Assembly: GCF_964355755.1 (NCBI RefSeq) | Contig: NC_092671.1 | Coordinates: forward strand, 21,219,217-21,283,216 | Length of the DNA stretch: 64,000 nucleotides | Direction: 5' to 3' | DNA from: Antedon mediterranea | Lineage: Eukaryota; Animalia; Echinodermata | Part shown: one piece after another, positions 13,148 to 26,040 of the stretch | How positions within the stretch are numbered: the stretch's first letter is position 1 | Layout: every line of letters starts with the position of its first letter | Program-made: the position numbers and the translations under genes | The notes under the pieces: generated by a model | What the model saw: the letters and a program-made list of their open reading frames with translations, nothing else | Database searches by the model: none | Told to the model about the DNA's origin: nothing

Positions 13148-16100
13148 TCTATCTCTCTCTCGCTGATCTATCTCTCTCTCACTGATCTATATCTCTCTCG
13201 CTGATCTATCTCTCTCTCTCGCTGATCTATCTCTCTCTCTCGCTGATCTATCTCTCTCTCGCTGATCTATCTCTCTCTCGCTGATCTATCTCTCTCTCGC
13301 TGACCTATATCTCTCTCGCTGATATATATATCTCTCTCGCTGATCTATCTCTCTCTCGCTGATCTATCTCTCTCTCGCTGATCTATCTCTCTCTCTCGCT
13401 GATCTATCTCTCTCTCGCTGATCTATCTCTCTCTCGCTGATCGATCTCTCTCTCGCTGATCTATCTCTTTGTCGCTGATCTATCTCTATCTCGCTGATCT
13501 ATCTCTCTCTCGCTGATCTATCTCTCTCTCGCTGATCTATCTCTCTCTCGCTGATCTATCTCTCTCTCTCGCTGATCTCTCTCTCTCGCTGATCTATCTC
13601 TCTCTCGCTGATCTATCTCTCTCTCGTTGATCTATCTCTCTCTCGCTGATATATCTCTCTCTCTCTCGCTGATTTATCACTCTCTCGCTGATCTATCTCT
13701 CTCTCGCTGATCTTTCTCTTTCTCTCGCTTATCTATCTCTCTCTCTCTCTCGCTGATCTAACTCTCTCTATCTCGCTGATCCATCTCTCTCTCTCTCTCT
13801 CTCTCGCTAATCTATCTCTCTCTCTCTCTCTCGCTGATATATCTCTCTCTCTCTCGCTGATCTATCTCTCTCTTTCGCTGATCTATCTCTCTCTCTCGCT
13901 GATCTATCTGTCTCTCTCACTGATCTGTCTCTCTTTCTCTCGCTTATCTATCTCTATCTCTCGCTGATCTATCTCTCTCTCGCTGATCTATCTCTCTCTT
14001 GCTGATCTATCTCTCTCTCGCTGATCTATCTCTTTCTCGCTGATCTATCTCTCTCTCGGTGATCTATCTCTCTCTCTCTCTCGCTGATCTATCTCTCTGT
14101 CGCTGATCTATCTCTCTCTCGCTGATCTATCTCTCTCTCGCTGATCTATCTCTTTCTCGCTGATCTATCTCTCTCTCGGTGATCTATCTCTCTCTCTCTC
14201 TCGCTGATCTATCTCTCTGTCGCTGATCTATCTCTCTCTCGCTGATCTATCTCTCTCTCGCTGATCTATCTCTCTCTCGCTGATCCATCTCCCTCTCGCT
14301 GATCTATCTCTCTCTCTTGCTGATCTATCTCTGTCTCTCGCTGATCTATCTCTTTCTCTCGCTGATCTATCTCTCTCTCTCGCTGATCTATCTCTCTCTC
14401 TCGCTGATCTCTCTCTCTCTCTCTCGCTGATCTATCTCTCTCTCGCTGATCTCTCTCTCTCGCTGATCTATCTCTCGCAGATCTATCTCTCTCTCTCGCT
14501 GATCTATCTCTCTCTCTCGCTGATATATCTCTCTCTCGCTGATCTATCTCTCTCTCTCGCTGATCTATCTCTCTCTCTCTCCTGTTGATCTATCTCTCTC
14601 TCTCTCGCTGATCTATCTCTCGCTGATCTATCTCTCTCTCTCTCGCTGATCTATCTCTCTTTCTCGCTGATCTATCTCTGTCTCGCTGATCTATCTCTCT
14701 CTCTCGCTGATCTATCTCTCTCCCTGATCTATCTCTCTCTCGCTGATCTATCTCTCACTCGCTGATCTATCTCTCTCTCGCTGATCTATCTCTGTCTGTC
14801 GCTGATCTATGTCTGTCTCTCGCTGATCAATCTCTGTCTCTCGCTGATCTATCTCTCTCTCGCTGATCTATCTCTCTCTCGCTGATCTCTCTCTGTCTCT
14901 CGCTGATCTATCTCTGTCTCTCGCTGATCTATCTGTCTCTCGCTGATCTATCTGTCTCTCGCTGATCTATCTCTCTCTCGCTGATTTATCACTCTCTCGC
15001 TGATCTATCTCTCTCTCGCTGATCTTTCTCTTTCTCTCGCTTATCTATCTCTCTCTCTCTCGCTGATCTAACTCTCTCTATCTCGCTGATCCATCTCTCT
15101 CTCTCTCTCTCTCGCTAATCTATCTCTCTCTCTCTCTCTCTCGCTGATATATCTCTCTCTCTCTCGCTGATCTATCTCTCTCTTTCGCTGATCTATCTCT
15201 CTCTCTCGCTGATCTATCTGTCTCTCTCACTGATCTGTCTCTCTTTCTCTCGCTTATCTATCTCTATCTCTCGCTGATCTATCTCTCTCTCGCTGATCTA
15301 TCTCTCTCTTGCTGATCTATCTCTCTCTCGCTGATCTATCTCTTTCTCCCTGATCTATCTCTCTCTCGGTGATCTATCTCTCTCTTTCTCTCGCTGATCT
15401 ATCTCTCTGTCGCTGATCTATCTCTCTCTCGCTGATCTATCTCTCTCTCGCTGATCTATCTCTCTCTCGCTGATCTATCTCTTTCTCGCTGATCTATCTC
15501 TCTCTCGCTGATCTATCTCTCTATCTCTCGCTGATCTATCTCTCTGTCGCTGATCTATCTCTCTCTCGCTGATCTATCTCTCTCTCGCTGATCTATCTCT
15601 CTCTCGCTGATCCATCTCCCTCTCGCTGATCTATCTCTCTCTCTTGCTGATCTATCTCTGTCTCCCGCAGATATATCTCTGTCTCTCGCTGATCTATCTC
15701 TCTCTCTCGCTGATCTATCTCTCTCTCTCGCTGATCTCTCTCTCTCTCTCTCGCTGATCTATCTCTCTCTCGCTGATCTCTCTCTCTCTCGCTGATCTAT
15801 CTCTCTCTCGCTGATCTAACTCTCTCTCGCAGATCTCTCTCTCGCTGATCTATCTCTCGCTGATCTATCTCTCTCTCTCGCTGATCTATCTCTCTCTCTC
15901 GCTGATATATCTCTCTCTCGCTGATCTATATCTCTCTCTCTCGCTGATCTATCTCTCTCTCTCCTGTTGATCTATCTCTCTCTCTCTCTCGCTGATCTAT
16001 CTCTCGCTGATCTATCTCTCTCTCTCTCGCTGATCTATCTCTCTCTGTCTCGCTGATCTATCTCTGTCTCGCTGATCTATCTCTCTCTCTCGCTGATCTA

Positions 16101-18850
16101 TCTCTCTCCCTGATCTATCTCTCTCTCGCTGATCTATCTCTCACTCGCTGATCTATCTCTCTCTCGCTGATCTATCTCTGTCTGTCACTGATCTATCTCT
16201 GTCTCTCGCTGATCAATCTCTGTCTCTCGCTGATCTATCTCTCTCTCGCTGATCTATCTCTCTCTCGCTGATCTCTCTCTGTCTCTCGCTGATCTATCTC
16301 TGTCTCTCGCTGATCTATCTGTCTCTCGCTGATCTATCTGTCTCTCGCTGATCTATCTCTCTCTCGCTGATCTATCTCTCTCTCGCTGATCTATCTCTCT
16401 CTCGCTGATCTATTTCTTTCTCGCTGATCTATCTTTCTCTCTCGCTGATCTCTCTCTCTCTCTCTCTCGCTGATCTATCTCTCTCTCGCTGATCTATCTC
16501 TCTCTTGGTGGTCTATCTCTCTCTCTCTCGCTGACCTATCTCTCTCTCGCTGATCTATCTCTCTCTCGCTGATCTATCTCTCTCTCGCTGATCTATCTCT
16601 CTCTCACTGATCTATATCTCTCTCGCTGATCTATCTCTCTCTCTTGCTGATCTATCTCTCTCTCGCTGATCTATCTCTCTCTCGCAGATCTATCTCTCTC
16701 TCGCTGATCTATCTCTCTCTCTCGCTGATCTATCTCTCTCCCTGATCTATCTCTCTCTCGCTGATCTATCTCTCACTCGCTGATCTATCTCTCTCTTGCT
16801 GATCTATCTCTGTCTGTCGCTGATCTATCTCTGTCTCTCGCTGATCAATCTCTGTCTCTCGCTGATCTATCTCTCTCTCGCTGATCTATCTCTCACTCGC
16901 TGATCTATCTCTCTTTCTATCGCTGATCTATCTCTCTCTCGCTGATCTATCTCTCTCTCGCTGATCTATCTCTCTCTCGCTGATATATATCTCTCTCTCG
17001 CTGATCTATCTCTCTCTCGCTGATCTATCTCTTTCTCGCTGATCTATCTCTCTCTCTCGCTGATCTCTCTATCTCTCGCTGATCTATCTCTCTCTTGGTG
17101 GTCTCTCTCTCTCTCTCTCTCGCTGATCTATCTCTCTCTCGCTGATCTATCTCTCTCGCTGATCTATCTCTCTCTCGCTGATCTATCTCTCTCTCGCTGA
17201 TCTATCTCTCTCTCGCTGATCTATCTCTCTCTCGCAGATCTATCTCTCTCTCGCTGATCTATCTCTCTCTCGCTGATCCATCTCCCTCTCGCTGATCTAT
17301 CTCTCTCTCTTGCTGATCTATCTCTGTCTCTCGCTGATCTATCTCTGTCTCTCGCTGATCTATCTCTCTCTCTCGCTGATCTATCTCTCTCTCGCTGATC
17401 TCTCTCCCTCTCTCTCTCTCTCTCTCGCTGATCTATCTCTCTCTCGCCGATCTCTCTCTCTCGCTGATCTATCTCTCTCTCGCTGATCTCTCTCTTTTGC
17501 TGATCTATCTCTCGCTGATCTATCTCTCTCTCTCGCTGATCTATCTCTCTCTCTCTCGCTGATATATCTCTCTATCGCTGATCTATCTCTCTCTCTCGCT
17601 GATCTATCTCTCTCTCTCCTGCTGATCTATCTCTATCTCTCTCTCTCTCGCTGATCTATCTCTCGCTGATCTATCTCTCTCTCTCGCTGATCTATCTCTC
17701 TCTGTCTCGCTGATCTATCTCTGTCTCGCTGATCTATCTCTCTCGCTGATCTATCTCTCGCTGATCTATCTCTCTCTCTCGCTGATCTATTTCTCTCTCT
17801 CGCTGATATATCTCTCTCTCGCTGATCTATCTCTCTCTCTCCTGCTGATCTATCTCTCTCTCTCGCTGATCTATCTCTCGCTGATCTATCTCTCTCTCTC
17901 TCTCTCTCTCGCTGATCTAACTCTCTCTGTCTCGCTGATCTATCTCTGTCTCGCTGATCTATCTCTCTCTCTCGCTGATCTATCTCTCTCCCTGATCTAT
18001 CTCTCTCTCGCTGATCTATCTCTCACTCGCTGATCTATCTCTCTCTCGCTGATCTATCTCTGTCTGTCGCTGATCTATCTCTGTCTCTCGCTGATCAATC
18101 TCTGTCTCTCGCTGATCTATCTCTCTCTCGCTGATCTATCTCTCTCTCGCTGATCTATCTCTCTCTCTCTCTCGCTGATCTATCTCTCTCTCGCTGATCT
18201 ATCTCTCTCTCGCTGATATATATCTCTCTCTCGCTGATCTATCTCTCTCTCGCTGATCTATCTCTCTCTCGCTGATCTATCTCTCTCTCGCTGATCTATC
18301 TCTCTCTCGCTGATCTATCTCCTACTCCCTGATCTATCTCTCTCTCGCTGATCTATCTCTCTCTCGCTGATCTATCTCTCTCTCGCTGATCTATCTCTCT
18401 CTCGCTGATCTTTCTCTCTCTCGCTGATCTATCTCTCTCTCGCTGAACTATCTCTCTCACGCTGATCCATCTCTCTCTCGCTGATCTATCTCTCTCTCGC
18501 TGATCTATCTGTCTCTCTCGCTGATCTATCTCTCTCTCGCTGATCTATCTCTCTCTCGCTGATCTATCTCTCTCTCGCTGATCTATCTCTTTCTCGCTGA
18601 TCTATCTTTCTCTCTCGCTGATCTCTCTCTCTCTCGCTGATCTATCACTCTCTCGCTGATCTCTCTCTCTCTCCCTGATCTATCTCTCTCTCTCGCTGAT
18701 CTATCTCTCTCTCGCTGATCTATCTCTCTCTCGCTGATCTATCTCTCTCTCGCTGATCTATCTATCTCTTGCTGATCTATCTCTCTCTCGCTGATCTATC
18801 TCTCTCTCGCTGATCTCTCTCGCTGATCTATCTTTTTCTCGCTGATCTAT
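12950..18850 (+). repeat. ~5.9 kb block re-used at ~28400-34300 (offset ~15.45 kb) and again at ~37900-43800
   Basis: ATATTTTTCTGT ~13009/28461/37921; GATCGATC 13439/28883/38343; TATGTCTGTC ~14808/30261/39740; CTCCCGCAGA ~15662/31121/40612; paired GGTGGTCT 16507+17097, 31970+32558 and 41463+42052. Confidence 0.88.
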
Positions 18851-21070
18851 CTCTCTCTCGCTGATCTATCTCTCTCTCGCTGATCTATCTCTCTCTCGCA
18901 GATCTATCTCTCTCTCGCTGATCTATCTCTCTCTCTCGCTGATCTATCTCTCTCCCTGATCTATCTCTCTCTCGCTGATCTATCTCTCACTCGCTGATCT
19001 ATCTCTCTCTTGCTGATCTATCTCTGTCTGTCGCTGATCTATCTCTGTCTCTCGCTGATCAATCTCTGTCTCTCGCTGATCTATCTCTCTCTCGCTGATC
19101 TATCTCTCACTCGCTGATCTATCTCTCTTTCTATCGCTGATCTATCTCTCTCTCGCTGATCTATCTCTCTCTCGCTGATCTATCTCTCTCTCGCTGATAT
19201 ATATCTCTCTCTCGCTGATCTATCTCTCTCTCGCTGATCTATCTCTTTCTCGCTGATCTATCTCTCTCTCTCGCTGATCTCTCTATCTCTCGCTGATCTA
19301 TCTCTCTCTTGGTGGTCTCTCTCTCTCTCTCTCTCTCTCGCTGATCTATCTCTCTCTCGCTGATCTATCTCTCTCGCTGATCTATCTCTCTCTCGCTGAT
19401 CTATCTCTCTCTCGCTGATCTATCTCTCTCTCGCTGATCTATCTCTCTCTCGCAGATCTATCTCTCTCTCGCTGATCTATCTCTCTCTCGCTGATCCATC
19501 TCCCTCTCGCTGATCTATCTCTCTCTCTTGCTGATCTATCTCTGTCTCTCGCTGATCTATCTCTGTCTCTCGCTGATCTATCTCTCTCTCTCGCTGATCT
19601 ATCTCTCTCTCGCTGATCTCTCTCCCTCTCTCTCTCTCTCTCGCTGATCTATCTCTCTCTCGCCGATCTCTCTCTCTCTCGCTGATCTATCTCTCTCTCG
19701 CTGATCTCTCTCTTTTGCTGATATATCTCTCGCTGATCTATCTCTCTCTCTCGCTGATCTATCTCTCTCTCTCTCGCTGATATATCTCTCTCTCGCTGAT
19801 CTATCTCTCTCTCTCGCTGATCTATCTCTCTCTCTCCTGCTGATCTATCTCTATCTCTCTCTCTCTCGCTGATCTATCTCTCGCTGATCTATCTCTCTTT
19901 CTCGCTGATCTATCTCTCTCTGTCTCGCTGATCTATCTCTGTCTCGCTGATCTATCTCTCTCGCTGATCTATCTCTCGCTGATCTATCTCTCTCTCTCGC
20001 TGATCTATTTCTCTCTCTCGCTGATATATCTCTCTCTCGCTGATCTATCTCTCTCTCTCCTGCTGATCTATCTCTCTCTCTCGCTGATCTATCTCTCGCT
20101 GATCTATCTCTCTCTCTCTCTCTCTCGCTGATCTAACTCTCTCTGTCTCGCTGATCTATCTCTGTCTCGCTGATCTATCTCTCTCTCTCGCTGATCTATC
20201 TCTCTCCCTGATCTATCTCTCTCTCGCTGATCTATCTCTCACTCGCTGATCTATCTCTCTCTCGCTGATCTATCTCTGTCTGTCGCTGATCTATCTCTGT
20301 CTCTCGCTGATCAATCTCTGTCTCTCGCTGATCTATCTCTCTCTCGCTGATCTATCTCTCTCTTGCTGATCTATCTCTCTCTCTCTCTCGCTGATCTATC
20401 TCTCTCTCGCTGATCTATCTCTCTCTCGCTGATATATATCTCTCTCTCGCTGATCTATCTCTCTCTCGCTGATCTATCTCTCTCTCGCTGATCTATCTCT
20501 CTCTCGCTGATCTATCTCTCTCTCGCTGATCTATCTCCTACTCCCTGATCTATCTCTCTCTCGCTGATCTATCTCTCTCTCGCTGATCTATCTCTCTCTC
20601 GCTGATCTATCTCTCTCTCGCTGATCTATCTCTCTCTCGCTGATCTATCTCTCTCTCGCTGAACTATCTCTCTCACGCTGATCCATCTCTCTCTCGCTGA
20701 TCTATCTCTCTCTCGCTGATCTATCTGTCTCTCTCGCTGATCTATCTCTCTCTCGCTGATCTATCTCTCTCTCGCTGATCTATCTCTCTCTCGCTGATCT
20801 ATCTCTTTCTCGCTGATCTATCTTTCTCTCTCGCTGATCTCTCTCTCTCTCGCTGATCTATCACTCTCTCGCTGATCTCTCTCTCTCTCCCTGATCTATC
20901 TCTCTCTCTCGCTGATCTATCTCTCTCTCGCTGATCTATCTCTCTCTCGCTGATCTATCTCTCTCTCGCTGATCTATCTATCTCTTGCTGATCTATCTCT
21001 CTCTCGCTGATCTATCTCTCTCTCGCTGATCTCTCTCGCTGATCTATCTTTTTCTCGCTGATCTATCTCT
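16640..21070 (+). repeat. Tandem duplication, ~2215 bp period (junction near 18860)
   Basis: GCAGATC 16684/18898; GGTGGTCT 17097/19311; CGCCGATC ~17445/19661; TACTCCC 18323/20539; CTTTTTCTC ~18832/21048. Confidence 0.9.
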
Positions 21071-21508
21071 CTCTCGCTGATCTATCTGTCTCTCGCTGAT
21101 CTATCTGTCTCTCACTGATCTATCTCTCTCTCGCTGATCCATCTCTCTCTCGCTGATCTATCTCTCTCTCGCTGATATATCTCTCTCTCTCGCTGATTTA
21201 TCACTCTCTCGCTGATCTATCTCTCTCTCGCTGATCTTTCTCTTTCTCTCGCTTTTCTATCTCTCTCTCTCTCTCGCTGATCTAACTCTCTCTCTCTCGC
21301 TGATCCATCTCTCTCTCTCTCTCTCTCGCTAATCTATCTATCTCTCTCTCTCTCGCTGATATATCTCTCTCTCTCTCTCGCTGATCTATCTCTCTCTTTC
21401 GCTGATCTATCTCTCTCTCGCTGATATTTTTCTGTCTCTCGCTGATCTATCTCTCTCTCGCTGATATATATCTCTCTCTCGCTGATCTATCTCTCTCTCG
21501 CTGATCTA

Positions 21509-21539
<31 letters not shown>

Positions 21540-24500
21540 TCTATCTCTCTCTCGCTGATCTATCTCTCTCTCACTGATCTATATCTCTCTCGCTGATCTA
21601 TCTCTCTCTCGCTGATCTATCTCTCTCTCTCGCTGATCTATCTCTCTCTCTCGCTGATCTATCTCTCTCTCGCTGATCTATCTCTCTCTCGCTGATCTAT
21701 CTCTCTCTCGCTGACCTATATCTCTCTCGCTGATATATATATCTCTCTCGCTGATCTATCTCTCTCTCGCTGATCTATCTCTCTCTCTCGCTGATCTATC
21801 TCTCTCTCGCTGATCTATCTCTCTCTCGCTGATCGATCTCTCTCTCGCTGATCTATCTCTTTGTCGCTGATCTATCTCTATCTCGCTGATCTATCTCTCT
21901 CTCGCTGATCTATCTCTCTCTCGCTGATCTATCTCTCTCTCGCTGATCTATCTCTCTCTCTCGCTGATCTCTCTCTCTCGCTGATCTATCTCTTTCTCGC
22001 TGATCTATCTCTCTCTCGTTGATCTATCTCTCTCTCGCTGATATATCTCTCTCTCTCTCGCTGATTTATCACTCTCTCGCTGATCTATCTCTCTCTCGCT
22101 GATCTTTCTCTTTCTCTCGCTTATCTATCTCTCTCTCTCTCTCGCTGATCTAACTCTCTCTATCTCGCTGATCCATCTCTCTCTCTCTCTCTCTCGCTAA
22201 TCTATCTCTCTCTCTCTCTCTCTCTCTCGCTGATATATCTCTCTCTCTCTCGCTGATCTATCTCTCTCTTTCGCTGATCTATCTCTCTCTCTCGCTGATC
22301 TATCTGTCTCTCTCACTGATCTGTCTCTCTTTCTCTCGCTTATCTATCTCTATCTCTCGCTGATCTATCTCTCTCTCTCGCTGATCTATCTCTCTCTTGC
22401 TGATCTATCTCTCTCTCGCTGATCTATCTCTTTCTCGCTGATCTATCTCTCTCTCGGTGATCTATCTCTCTCTCTCTCTCGCTGATCTATCTCTCTCCCT
22501 GATCTATCTCTCTCTCGCTGATCTATCTCTCACTCGCTGATCTATCTCTCTCTTGCTGATCTATCTCTGTCTGTCGCTGATCTATCTCTGTCTCTCGCTG
22601 ATCAATCTCTGTCTCTCGCTGATCTATCTCTCTCTCGCTGATCTATCTCTCACTCGCTGATCTATCTCTCTTTCTATCGCTGATCTATCTCTCTCTCGCT
22701 GATCTATCTCTCTCTCGCTGATCTATCTCTCTCTCGCTGATATATATCTCTCTCTCGCTGATCTATCTCTCTCTCGCTGATCTATCTCTTTCTCGCTGAT
22801 CTATCTCTCTCTCTCGCTGATCTCTCTATCTCTCGCTGATCTATCTCTCTCTTGGTGGTCTCTCTCTCTCTCTCTCTCTCTCGCTGATCTATCTCTCTCT
22901 CGCTGATCTATCTCTCTCGCTGATCTATCTCTCTCTCGCTGATCTATCTCTCTCTCGCTGATCTATCTCTCTCTCGCTGATCTATCTCTCTCTCGCAGAT
23001 CTATCTCTCTCTCGCTGATCTATCTCTCTCTCGCTGATCCATCTCCCTCTCGCTGATCTATCTCTCTCTCTTGCTGATCTATCTCTGTCTCTCGCTGATC
23101 TATCTCTGTCTCTCGCTGATCTATCTCTCTCTCTCGCTGATCTATCTCTCTCTCGCTGATCTCTCTCCCTCTCTCTCTCTCTCTCGCTGATCTATCTCTC
23201 TCTCGCCGATCTCTCTCTCTCGCTGATCTATCTCTCTCTCGCTGATCTCTCTCTTTTGCTGATATATCTCTCGCTGATCTATCTCTCTCTCTCGCTGATC
23301 TATCTCTCTCTCTCTCGCTGATATATCTCTCTCTCGCTGATCTATCTCTCTCTCTCGCTGATCTATCTCTCTCTCTCCTGCTGATCTATCTCTATCTCTC
23401 TCTCTCTCGCTGATCTATCTCTCGCTGATCTATCTCTCTTTCTCGCTGATCTATCTCTCTCTGTCTCGCTGATCTATCTCTGTCTCGCTGATCTATCTCT
23501 CTCGCTGATCTATCTCTCGCTGATCTATCTCTCTCTCTCGCTGATCTATTTCTCTCTCTCGCTGATATATCTCTCTCTCGCTGATCTATCTCTCTCTCTC
23601 CTGCTGATCTATCTCTCTCTCTCGCTGATCTATCTCTCGCTGATCTATCTCTCTCTCTCTCTCTCTCGCTGATCTAACTCTCTCTGTCTCGCTGATCTAT
23701 CTCTGTCTCGCTGATCTATCTCTCTCTCTCGCTGATCTATCTCTCTCCCTGATCTATCTCTCTCTCGCTGATCTATCTCTCACTCGCTGATCTATCTCTC
23801 TCTCGCTGATCTATCTCTGTCTGTCGCTGATCTATCTCTGTCTCTCGCTGATCAATCTCTGTCTCTCGCTGATCTATCTCTCTCTCGCTGATCTATCTCT
23901 CTCTTGCTGATCTATCTCTCTCTCTCTCTCGCTGATCTATCTCTCTCTCGCTGATCTATCTCTCTCTCGCTGATATATATCTCTCTCTCGCTGATCTATC
24001 TCTCTCTCGCTGATCTATCTCTCTCTCGCTGATCTATCTCTCTCTCGCTGATCTATCTCTCTCTCGCTGATCTATCTCCTACTCCCTGATCTATCTCTCT
24101 CTCGCTGATCTATCTCTCTCTCTCGCTGATCTATCTCTCTCTCGCTGATCTATCTCTCTCTCGCTGATCTATCTCTCTCTCGCTGATCTATCTCTCTCTC
24201 GCTGATCTATCTCTCTCTCGCTGAACTATCTCTCTCACGCTGATCCATCTCTCTCTCGCTGATCTATCTCTCTCTCGCTGATCTATCTGTCTCTCTCGCT
24301 GATCTATCTCTCTCTCGCTGATCTATCTCTCTCTCGCTGATCTATCTCTCTCTCGCTGATCTATCTCTTTCTCGCTGATCTATCTTTCTCTCTCGCTGAT
24401 CTCTCTCTCTCTCGCTGATCTATCACTCTCTCGCTGATCTCTCTCTCTCTCCCTGATCTATCTCTCTCTCTCGCTGATCTATCTCTCTCTCGCTGATCTA

Positions 24501-25070
24501 TCTCTCTCTCGCTGATCTATCTCTCTCTCGCTGATCTATCTATCTCTTGCTGATCTATCTCTCTCTCGCTGATCTATCTCTCTCTCGCTGATCTCTCTCG
24601 CTGATCTATCTTTTTCTCGCTGATCTATCTCTCTCTCGCTGATCTATCTGTCTCTCGCTGATCTATCTGTCTCTCACTGATCTATCTCTCTCTCGCTGAT
24701 CCATCTCTCTCTCGCTGATCTATCTCTCTCTCGCTGATATATCTCTCTCTCTCGCTGATTTATCACTCTCTCGCTGATCTATCTCTCTCTCGCTGATCTT
24801 TCTCTTTCTCTCGCTTTTCTATCTCTCTCTCTCTCTCGCTGATCTAACTCTCTCTCTCTCGCTGATCCATCTCTCTCTCTCTCTCTCTCGCTAATCTATC
24901 TATCTCTCTCTCTCTCGCTGATATATCTCTCTCTCTCTCTCGCTGATCTATCTCTCTCTTTCGCTGATCTATCTCTCTCTCGCTGATATTTTTCTGTCTC
25001 TCGCTGATCTATCTCTCTCTCGCTGATATATATCTCTCTCTCGCTGATCTATCTCTCTCTCGCTGATCTA

Positions 25071-25101
<31 letters not shown>

Positions 25102-26040
25102 TCTATCTCTCTCTCGCTGATCTATCTCTCTCTCACTGATCTATATCTCTCTCGCTGATCTATCTCTCTCTCGCTGATCTATCTCTCTCTCTCGCTGATC
25201 TATCTCTCTCTCTCGCTGATCTATCTCTCTCTCGCTGATCTATCTCTCTCTCGCTGATCTATCTCTCTCTCGCTGACCTATATCTCTCTCGCTGATATAT
25301 ATATCTCTCTCGCTGATCTATCTCTCTCTCGCTGATCTATCTCTCTCTCTCGCTGATCTATCTCTCTCTCGCTGATCTATCTCTCTCTCGCTGATCGATC
25401 TCTCTCTCGCTGATCTATCTCTTTGTCGCTGATCTATCTCTATCTCGCTGATCTATCTCTCTCTCGCTGATCTATCTCTCTCTCGCTGATCTATCTCTCT
25501 CTCGCTGATCTATCTCTCTCTCTCGCTGATCTCTCTCTCTCGCTGATCTATCTCTTTCTCGCTGATCTATCTCTCTCTCGTTGATCTATCTCTCTCTCGC
25601 TGATATATCTCTCTCTCTCTCGCTGATTTATCACTCTCTCGCTGATCTATCTCTCTCTCGCTGATCTTTCTCTTTCTCTCGCTTATCTATCTCTCTCTCT
25701 CTCTCGCTGATCTAACTCTCTCTATCTCGCTGATCCATCTCTCTCTCTCTCTCTCTCGCTAATCTATCTCTCTCTCTCTCTCTCTCTCTCGCTGATATAT
25801 CTCTCTCTCTCTCGCTGATCTATCTCTCTCTTTCGCTGATCTATCTCTCTCTCTCGCTGATCTATCTGTCTCTCTCACTGATCTGTCTCTCTTTCTCTCG
25901 CTTATCTATCTCTATCTCTCGCTGATCTATCTCTCTCTCTCGCTGATCTATCTCTCTCTTGCTGATCTATCTCTCTCTCGCTGATCTATCTCTTTCTCGC
26001 TGATCTATCTCTCTCTCGGTGATCTATCTCTCTCTCTCTC
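18930..26040 (+). repeat. Tandem duplication, ~3.54-3.56 kb period (junction near 22480)
   Basis: GGTGGTCT 19311/22854; TACTCCC 20539/24080; GATCGATC 21831/25393; CGGTGATC ~22455/26017. The offset grows by ~21 bp where one monomer is added near 24120. Confidence 0.9.
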